From contig NZ_JARUBL010000001.1 in the NCBI RefSeq assembly GCF_029626155.1, positions 7,692,816 through 7,756,815 on the forward strand: a DNA stretch of 64,000 nt. Reading direction: 5' to 3'. The translations under genes were made by a program, and so were the position numbers. The notes under the pieces are model-generated. The model was given only the letters and a program-made list of their open reading frames with translations. It was not told the DNA's origin and did not search any database. Position 1 is the first letter of the stretch. Each line of letters opens with the position of its first letter. Source of the DNA: Solwaraspora sp. WMMD1047 (GTDB lineage: Bacteria; Actinomycetota; Actinomycetes; Mycobacteriales; Micromonosporaceae). Of the stretch, positions 55,053 through 64,000 are shown in pieces.

Positions 55053-56192
55053 TCAGAGCCAGCCGTTGCGCCGGAACGACCGGTACAGCGCCAGGGAGAT
55101 CGCCAGCATCAACGCGAGAACGACCGGGTAGCCGTACTTCCATTGGGTCTCCGGCATGAAGTCGAAGTTCATCCCGTAGATGCCGGCGATGGCGGTCCAG
55201 ACCGCCGCGATACCCGCCCAAGCCGCGATCTTGCGCATGTCGTTGTTCTGTTCGACCGACACCTGGGCCAGCCGGGCCTGCAGGATCGAGTTCAACAGAT
55301 CGTCGTACGAGTTGACCTGCTCCACGGTGCGGGTCAGGTGGTCCTGCACGTCCCGAAGGTAGCGCCGGATCTCCTTCGGCACCTCGCGGTTGATCTGCGC
55401 GGTGAGCGTCATGAACGGACGCTGCAGCGGGACCACCGCCCGCTTGAACTCGACCAGCTCGCGCTTCATCTGGTAGATGCGCTGGATCCGGCCCGAGGTC
55501 TGCCGGGAGAAGACCTGCTCCTCCAGCCGGTCCAGGTCGTCCTCGATCCGGTCGGCGACCTCCAGGTAGAGATCGACCACCCGGTCGGTGACCGCGTACG
55601 CCACCGCCCACGGGCCGTGCGCAAGCAGCTCCCGCCGGGCCTCCAGGTCGGCCCGGATCGGGGCGAGCCGGCAGGCGTCGCCGTGCCGGACGCTGATCAC
55701 GAACTTCGGCCCGATGAAGAGCATCACCTGGCCGGTCTCGACCACGTCCGAGGTCTCCGTCAGCTCGCCGTGACCGACGTACCGGGCGGTCCGCAGGACC
55801 AGGAAGTTCACCTCGCCGAAGCGTTCCAGCTTCGGCCGCTGCTCGGCCTTGACGGCGTCCTCGACGGCGAGCTCGTGCAGCCCGTACGCGTCGGCGATGC
55901 CGGCCATCTCAGCCGGGCCGGGCTCGTGCAGGCCGAGCCAGACGAAGCCGTTCGGCTCCCGCCGGGCGGCCTCCAGCGCGGCCACGTAGTCCCAGTCACC
56001 GGGCTGCCGCACCCCGTCGAGGTAGAGCCCGCAGTCCACCACCGCCTGGTGGCTCGGCCCGGGGCCGGTCGCCGACCGGTGGCCGGCGTCGGCGGTCAGG
56101 ATCCGGGTCACCGCCCGTACCGGCGCCGTCCAGGCGCGGGGGCGCACTCTCGGGCTGCCGTCGGGTCGTAGCCCGTTGTTCCGCTGACTCAT
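55053..56192 (-). CDS. corA: Magnesium/cobalt transporter CorA
   Basis: C-terminal TM pair with the YGMNF motif (…IAGIYGMNFDFMPE…). Cytoplasmic N-terminal domain of ~300 aa. Confidence 0.8.
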   Translation of the reverse strand: MSQRNNGLRPDGSPRVRPRAWTAPVRAVTRILTADAGHRSATGPGPSHQAVVDCGLYLDGVRQPGDWDYVAALEAARREPNGFVWLGLHEPGPAEMAGIADAYGLHELAVEDAVKAEQRPKLERFGEVNFLVLRTARYVGHGELTETSDVVETGQVMLFIGPKFVISVRHGDACRLAPIRADLEARRELLAHGPWAVAYAVTDRVVDLYLEVADRIEDDLDRLEEQVFSRQTSGRIQRIYQMKRELVEFKRAVVPLQRPFMTLTAQINREVPKEIRRYLRDVQDHLTRTVEQVNSYDDLLNSILQARLAQVSVEQNNDMRKIAAWAGIAAVWTAIAGIYGMNFDFMPETQWKYGYPVVLALMLAISLALYRSFRRNGWL

Positions 56193-56456
56193 CGGTCCAC
56201 CTCCCCACCGGCTGTGAACAGTACGCCGGGCCGGGGCGGCGCCGGGTGGACCGACCGCGTCGGGGGGGTAGATGTGCGGCCGGTCCACCCGGCGCCATTT
56301 GGGGGCGGGGGGTAGTGCTCAGTGCGCCACCGCGGGGACCCGGCTGGCCGCTCACGCCGAACGGGCGCCCGACCGACTCCAACGCGAGTGGTGCTCGCAG
56401 CATTGTGGGCCGAGCGCCGCGCTGGGGGGAACCCCGGGCGCCCACGGAAGGGCTAG

Positions 56457-56472
56457 TGTCGGATATCCGACA
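56457..56472. promoter_or_regulatory. Perfect 16-bp palindrome TGTCGGATATCCGACA in the long corA upstream region; candidate operator
   Basis: Seen directly. A 10-bp stem IR (gggtggaccg…cggtccaccc, 56243-56290) lies further downstream in the same leader. Confidence 0.35.
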
Positions 56473-56521
56473 TGATGCACGCGTTTACTGGCTACCCGCA
56501 GCGTCCGCCGCTGGCGACGAC

Positions 56522-57616
56522 CTACCGCCGGACGGCCGCTGCCGCGTCGGCGAGCCGGCGTACCCCGTCCTCGATCCGGTCGGCGGTGACGGCCGAGAAG
56601 GCCAGCCGAAGCGAGTGGTGCCCACCCTCCAGTAGGAAGTCACTGCCCTTGACGACGGTCACCCCGCGTTCGGCGGCCGCCGGCACCAGCTCGTCGATGT
56701 GGACGTTCTCCGGCAGCTCCACCCAGAGGAAGTAGCCGCCATCCGGCTCGGTGAAGCGGGCCTCGGGCAGGTGGGTCCGCAGCGCCTCGGCGAGCACCCG
56801 GGCGCGCTCGCCGAGCGCCGACCGGACGGTCTGGATCGAGCGGTCGATGTCGCCGGAGACGCAGAACTGGTGCACGATCGCCTGCGCCACCATGCCGGGC
56901 GAGATGTAGAGGTTGGTGGCCCGCTTGGCGATGTCGGCGATCAGCGGAGCCGGCCCGATCAGGTAGCCGACCCGCACCCCCGGACAGACCGTCTTGGTGA
57001 AGCTGGAGGCGTGTACGACCGAACCCCGCTCGTCCATCGAGAGCATCGACGGCAGCGGCTCCCCCCGGAACCGGATGTCGGCGTACGGGTCGTCCTCGAA
57101 GATCGTGAAGCCGTACTCGGCGGCCAGACCGAGGAGCCGGTGCCGCTTCTCCAGGGAGAGCGTCACTCCCGCCGGGTTCTGGTAGTTCGGAATGATGTGC
57201 GCCAGCTTCGGGCGCAGCCCCGACTCCAGCAGCTTGCCGAGCTCGTCGGTGTCGATGCCGTCCGACTGGATGGTCACCGCCTGCACGTCGCCGCCCTGCT
57301 GCCGCAGGTTCAGCAGCGTCCGGTCGTAGGTCGGACGCTCCACCACCACGGCGTCGCCGGGGCTCACCAGGTAGTCGAAGAGGAACGCGTCGGCCTGCAG
57401 CGAGCCGTTGGTGACCAGCACCTGATCCACGGCGACGCCGTGCTTCTCGGCGATCCACCTGCGCAACGGGGGGTAGCCCACGGAGGTGCCGTAGGCCGAG
57501 ACCCCCGCGGGGTCCTCGTCGAAGGCGCGGCCGGCCGCCGCCTTGAGGCCGGCGATATCGACGATGTCCAACGAGGGCGCCCCGCGGGCGAAGGAGATCA
57601 GCTGCTCGGCAGTCAT
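56522..57616 (-). CDS. PLP-dependent aminotransferase (class I/II fold)
   Basis: …SFTKTVCPGVRVGYL… is the PLP-lysine region (SFSK-like). ~364 aa. Confidence 0.65.
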   Translation of the reverse strand: MTAEQLISFARGAPSLDIVDIAGLKAAAGRAFDEDPAGVSAYGTSVGYPPLRRWIAEKHGVAVDQVLVTNGSLQADAFLFDYLVSPGDAVVVERPTYDRTLLNLRQQGGDVQAVTIQSDGIDTDELGKLLESGLRPKLAHIIPNYQNPAGVTLSLEKRHRLLGLAAEYGFTIFEDDPYADIRFRGEPLPSMLSMDERGSVVHASSFTKTVCPGVRVGYLIGPAPLIADIAKRATNLYISPGMVAQAIVHQFCVSGDIDRSIQTVRSALGERARVLAEALRTHLPEARFTEPDGGYFLWVELPENVHIDELVPAAAERGVTVVKGSDFLLEGGHHSLRLAFSAVTADRIEDGVRRLADAAAAVRR

Positions 57617-57722
57617 GACTACCGAGCGTACGGGCGCGAGATGGCGCTTCGGTGCAGGTGGCGCCGATGTCCGCATTCTGGACGAGCCGCGCCGGCCGGT
57701 CGGCACGGTCGCCCCGGTTGCC

Positions 57723-58115
57723 TCAGATCGGCGACACCGGCCGGCGCTCCGTCCAGACCCGCACGATGTCCCGAACCGAGATCACGCCCAGGACCTCGCT
57801 CCCCTCCATCACCACCAGGTGCCGGAAGCCGCCCCGGGCCATCGCCGCGGCCGCCTCCTCCACCGTCCAGTCCGGGCCGGCGTACACCGCGTCCCGGGTC
57901 AGGTGCGCGCCGGTCCGCTCGGTGTCCACGTCGAGCCCGGCGCCAACCGCATTGAGTACGTCACGTTCGGTCATGATCCCGACGCCTTCGGAGTCGGGAT
58001 CGAGCACGATCGCCGAGCCGACCCCCCGGCTCGACATCATCTGGGCAGCCTGTCGAAGCGTGTGCTCCGGACCGACCACGAGAACCTGGCTGGACATGGC
58101 ATCCCGTACCTGCAT
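57723..58115 (-). CDS. CBS-domain pair protein
   Basis: Two CBS motifs (…LVVGPEHTLRQAAQMM… and …GVISVRDIVRV…). Confidence 0.7.
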   Translation of the reverse strand: MQVRDAMSSQVLVVGPEHTLRQAAQMMSSRGVGSAIVLDPDSEGVGIMTERDVLNAVGAGLDVDTERTGAHLTRDAVYAGPDWTVEEAAAAMARGGFRHLVVMEGSEVLGVISVRDIVRVWTERRPVSPI

Positions 58116-58132
58116 CGCGCATCACTCCCGTA

Positions 58133-58675
58133 GTGGCGGACCGGTACGGACATACTGGACGGCCCGCCATCGAAGTACAAGAGTCGACCTGTCCAGGCGG
58201 GTCGGCCGCTGGATACCCTCGGCTGGTGTCCACCGAGCCCCTACGCTGCACCGGAGCCCTGATCGTCGACGACGACGGCCGGATCTTCTTCCAGCGCCGC
58301 TCCGCCGAGCGGCGGCTCTTCCCCAACGCGTGGGACGTCGTCGGTGGCCATCTGGAACCCGGCGAGAGCGTGGAGGACGCGCTGCGCCGGGAGGTGACCG
58401 AGGAGACCGGCTGGACCGTCTCGGTCGTCCTCGGGCCGGTCGGCACCTACCGGTACACCGGGGACGACGGGCTCGAACGCCTGGAGACCGACTTCCTGGT
58501 CCGGGTCGACGGTGACCTCAGCCGCCCCCGGCTGGAGGTCGGCAAGCACACCGAGTTCCGCTGGCTCGCCGAACACGAGGTGGCGGTCCTGGACGAGTGC
58601 CGCGACGTCAACGACGGCCTGATCCGCCGGATCGCCGAGGACGGCTTCGCCGCCCTGCACCTGATCGGCCTGTGA
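58133..58675 (+). CDS. NUDIX hydrolase (N-terminal start uncertain)
   Basis: Nudix box GGHLEPGESVEDALRREVTEETG. Confidence 0.7.
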   Translation: MADRYGHTGRPAIEVQESTCPGGSAAGYPRLVSTEPLRCTGALIVDDDGRIFFQRRSAERRLFPNAWDVVGGHLEPGESVEDALRREVTEETGWTVSVVLGPVGTYRYTGDDGLERLETDFLVRVDGDLSRPRLEVGKHTEFRWLAEHEVAVLDECRDVNDGLIRRIAEDGFAALHLIGL

Positions 58676-59502
58676 CGGATCATCGAACGGTGATCGACCC
58701 GAGCCGGCGACCGGTGCTCGACCCGGCGCCGTCGGGCGACGAGATCCGGTTCCCACCACACCAAGCCGCCGGTCTCGTCGCGCCCGCCGTCGACCGGCTC
58801 TACCGGGCCGCGATGGCAACCGCCCGGGCCCGGGGCGGCGCCGACCTGAGCCGCCGCTACGGCGGCCCCGCGGCCACCGGCTATCTGATCGAGTTCCGGA
58901 CCCGGCTGGCCGTCCCGGGCGGCACCGTCAGCGGCGCCGGACTGGTCGCCACCACCCGCCACCAGGATCCGGCCGCCCGCCAGCGGGAGATGGACAAGCA
59001 GGTGGCACACGGGATGATCCAGCGGGTCGGCGACGGCTTCACCGCCACCGACCGCGGCCGGTCCTTCCTCGCCGACCTGTACGAGCTGCACGGCCGGGTC
59101 ACCGCCGAGCTGTGGAGCGCCCACCGGAGCCGGGTCGACCGCCTCGCCGACCTGGCCGGCCGCCTACTCACCGCCGCGACCGGCAGCGGCTCGACCGCCG
59201 GCGCCACACCCCTCGACGGGTCCTTCGGGGCGGTCGCGCCACCGTACGAGCCGGACGGCACCCCGCCGGGACTGCTGCTGCTCAACCGGCTCGGCGCCCT
59301 GCGCCACCACCGGGCCGACGCGCACGCCGCGGCCTGGACCGCCGCCGGTCACACCCCGCAGAGCATCACCGGGCTGGCACCCGGACCGGAGCTGCTGGCG
59401 ATCGACCTGGAGACCGACCGGCGGGCCGCCGCCCCGTACGGCGCGCTGGCCCCCGGGGAGCGGCTGGCGCTGCTGGCCGACCTCGCCGCGCTGCCCGGTT
59501 GA
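58672..59502 (+). CDS. Hypothetical protein
   Basis: GTG 58672 overlaps the NUDIX stop. No family recognised. Confidence 0.35.
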   Translation: MTDHRTVIDPSRRPVLDPAPSGDEIRFPPHQAAGLVAPAVDRLYRAAMATARARGGADLSRRYGGPAATGYLIEFRTRLAVPGGTVSGAGLVATTRHQDPAARQREMDKQVAHGMIQRVGDGFTATDRGRSFLADLYELHGRVTAELWSAHRSRVDRLADLAGRLLTAATGSGSTAGATPLDGSFGAVAPPYEPDGTPPGLLLLNRLGALRHHRADAHAAAWTAAGHTPQSITGLAPGPELLAIDLETDRRAAAPYGALAPGERLALLADLAALPG

Positions 59503-59590
59503 GCCGGCCCCGGGACCGGCACCGGCGGGACCCCCGGTGACGCAGGGCTATCCTGCCCCGATAGCCGTTGGCAAGTGAGAGGATCTCGTA

Positions 59591-60322
59591 ATGATCGGTA
59601 TGGTGCTCGCCGCCGGTGCCGGGCGCCGGCTGCGCCCGTACACCGACACGCTGCCCAAGGCGCTGATCCCGGTCGCCGGCCAGACCACGATCCTCGACAT
59701 AGCGCTGCGTAACCTCGCCGAGGTGGGGCTCACCGACGTCACCGTGGTGGTCGGCTACGCGGCCGACGCCGTCGAGTCCCGCCGGGCCGACCTGGAGAAG
59801 ACGCACGGCGTCCGGCTCACGCTGGTGCCCAACGACCGCGCCGAGGAGTGGAACAACGCCTACTCGCTCTGGCTGGCCCGGGACCACTTCGCCGACGGCG
59901 CGCTGCTGGTCAACGGCGACACCGTGCACCCGGTCGACGTCGAACGGACGCTGCTGGCGCAGCGCGGCCCCGGCGTGCTGCTCGCCGTCGACAACCTCAA
60001 GAAGCTCGCCGACGAGGAGATGAAGACCACCTTCGACGACGCCGGCCAGCTCACCCGGATCACCAAGCTGATGGACCCCGCCGAGGCGTACGGCGAGTAC
60101 ATCGGCGCCACCCTGATCGAACCGCACGCCGCCGCCGGCCTGGCCGACGCACTGGAGGCCACCTGGCGCCGAGACCCGAACCTCTACTACGAGGACGGCT
60201 ACCAGGAGTACGCGGACCGCGGCGGCGAGGTCCGGGCCGCCCCGATCGGCGACCTCTCCTGGGTCGAGGTCGACAACCACGACGACCTGGCCCGGGCACG
60301 GGAGATCGCGTGCCACTACTAG
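59591..60322 (+). CDS. Sugar/alcohol-phosphate nucleotidyl(cytidylyl)transferase (NTP_transferase fold)
   Basis: MIGMVLAAGAGRRLRPYTDTLPKALIPVAG is the G-x-G-x-R-L nucleotide-binding signature. Confidence 0.7.
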   Translation: MIGMVLAAGAGRRLRPYTDTLPKALIPVAGQTTILDIALRNLAEVGLTDVTVVVGYAADAVESRRADLEKTHGVRLTLVPNDRAEEWNNAYSLWLARDHFADGALLVNGDTVHPVDVERTLLAQRGPGVLLAVDNLKKLADEEMKTTFDDAGQLTRITKLMDPAEAYGEYIGATLIEPHAAAGLADALEATWRRDPNLYYEDGYQEYADRGGEVRAAPIGDLSWVEVDNHDDLARAREIACHY

Positions 60323-61351
60323 CCCGTACCGTCAACACCCCGCTCGCCATCGAGGTCCGCCGCGGCGCGGTGGCCGACCTCGGCGAGCTCCTCGCGGACC
60401 GGCGAATCTCGGCCGGCGGCGACGTCGCCGTGGTCGTCGGCCCGGGTCAGGGTGAGCGGATCGCCGAACTCTGCCTGCCCGGCCTGGGCCGGGCGGACCT
60501 GTTCACCGTCGTCGGCGGCAGCCTGGACGCCGCCCACCAGCTCGGCGAGAAGCTGCGGCAACGCTCCTACGACGCGGTGGTCGGCATCGGCGGCGGCAAG
60601 ACCATCGACACCGCCAAGTACGCCGCGTCCCGGTACGCGATCCCGATGGTGACCGTCGCCACCAGCCTGGCCAACGACGGGATCGCCTCCCCGGTCGCCT
60701 CGCTGGACCACGACGGCGGCCGCGGTTCGTACGGCGTACACATTCCGATCGCGATCGTGGTCGATCTGGACTTCGTCGACAACGGCCCGGACGGGCAGAC
60801 CAAGGCCGGCATCGGCGACGCGGTGAGCAACCTCAACGCGATCGCCGACTGGGAACTGGCCCACCAGGTCCGCGCCGAGCCGATCGACGGGCTGGCCGTC
60901 ACGCTGGCCCGCACCGGCGCCGAGGCGCTGATCAACCACCCGGGCACGATCACCGACGACGAGTTCCTGACCACGCTCGCCGAGGCGCTGATCCTGGGCG
61001 GCATCGCCATGTCGGTCTGCGGGTCGAGCCGGCCGGCCAGCGGCGGCTGCCACGAGATCTCGCACGCGATCGACCTGCTCTACCCCGGCACCGGCTCGCA
61101 CGGTGCCCAGGTCGGCCTCGGCGCCCTGTTCTGCACCTTCCTGCGGGAGGACAAGGTCCGGTTCGCCCAGCTGTCCCGCTGCCTGCACCGGCACGGGTTG
61201 CCCACCACCCCGACCGAGCTGGGGCTGACCGACGAGGCCTTCGTCGCGGCGGTCGTACACGGCCCGCAGACCCGACCGGACCGGTTCACCATCCTCGAAC
61301 ACCTGGACCTGTCCCGGGCACAGGTCCGCGACCGGCTGGCAGACTACGTCG

Positions 61352-61377
<26 letters not shown>
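60310..61377 (+). CDS. Iron-containing ADH-family sn-glycerol-1-phosphate dehydrogenase-like enzyme (AraM/EgsA-like)
   Basis: …VGIGGGKTIDTAKY…, …ANDGIASP…, metal-binding His residues. Architecture resembles G1PDH/glycerol dehydrogenase. The G1P specificity is inference. Confidence 0.6.

Positions 61378-64000
<2,623 letters not shown>

Noticed and set aside
56193-56521. M-box (Mg riboswitch) upstream of corA
   Set aside because: Could not recognise the conserved M-box helices/loops by eye. It needs a covariance-model search, so no riboswitch feature was called.

Overview
This is a 64 kb window of a very GC-rich (roughly 70-73%) actinobacterial chromosome. Codon usage and gene content look like a Micromonospora/Actinoplanes/Streptomyces-type organism; that assignment is inference. 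Gene density is high and most of the region is core or accessory metabolism. The identified genes are: purine genes purB (partial), purD and purA; a VapBC toxin-antitoxin pair; a conserved thiolase-FabG4-HtdX lipid cluster; a TetR-SCP2-acyl-CoA dehydrogenase-acyl-CoA synthetase cluster; SoxR next to a quinone oxidoreductase and a split transketolase; a GT2 glycosyltransferase with a large membrane protein and a secreted SGNH-ricin hydrolase; a two-component system with a lipoprotein; CorA; cyclophilin; rhomboid; and a nucleotidyltransferase / glycerol-1-phosphate dehydrogenase / CDP-alcohol phosphatidyltransferase trio. Five things are worth a second look. (1) A conspicuously low-GC (roughly 55-60%) islet of about 2.4 kb between purD and an AlkZ-like glycosylase/tRNA-Ser locus; it carries three tightly packed hypothetical genes, one with an excisionase-type HTH. 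(2) An NfeD-flotillin-giant (1682 aa) AAA+ ATPase operon. (3) A three-gene operon of small and paralogous bitopic membrane proteins that carry in-frame short tandem repeats. (4) A dispersed roughly 61-bp palindromic repeat family present twice. (5) Several perfect palindromic operator candidates. No CRISPR array, transposase or integrase was found. Many long alternative-frame ORFs in the supplied track are GC-driven artefacts and were rejected.
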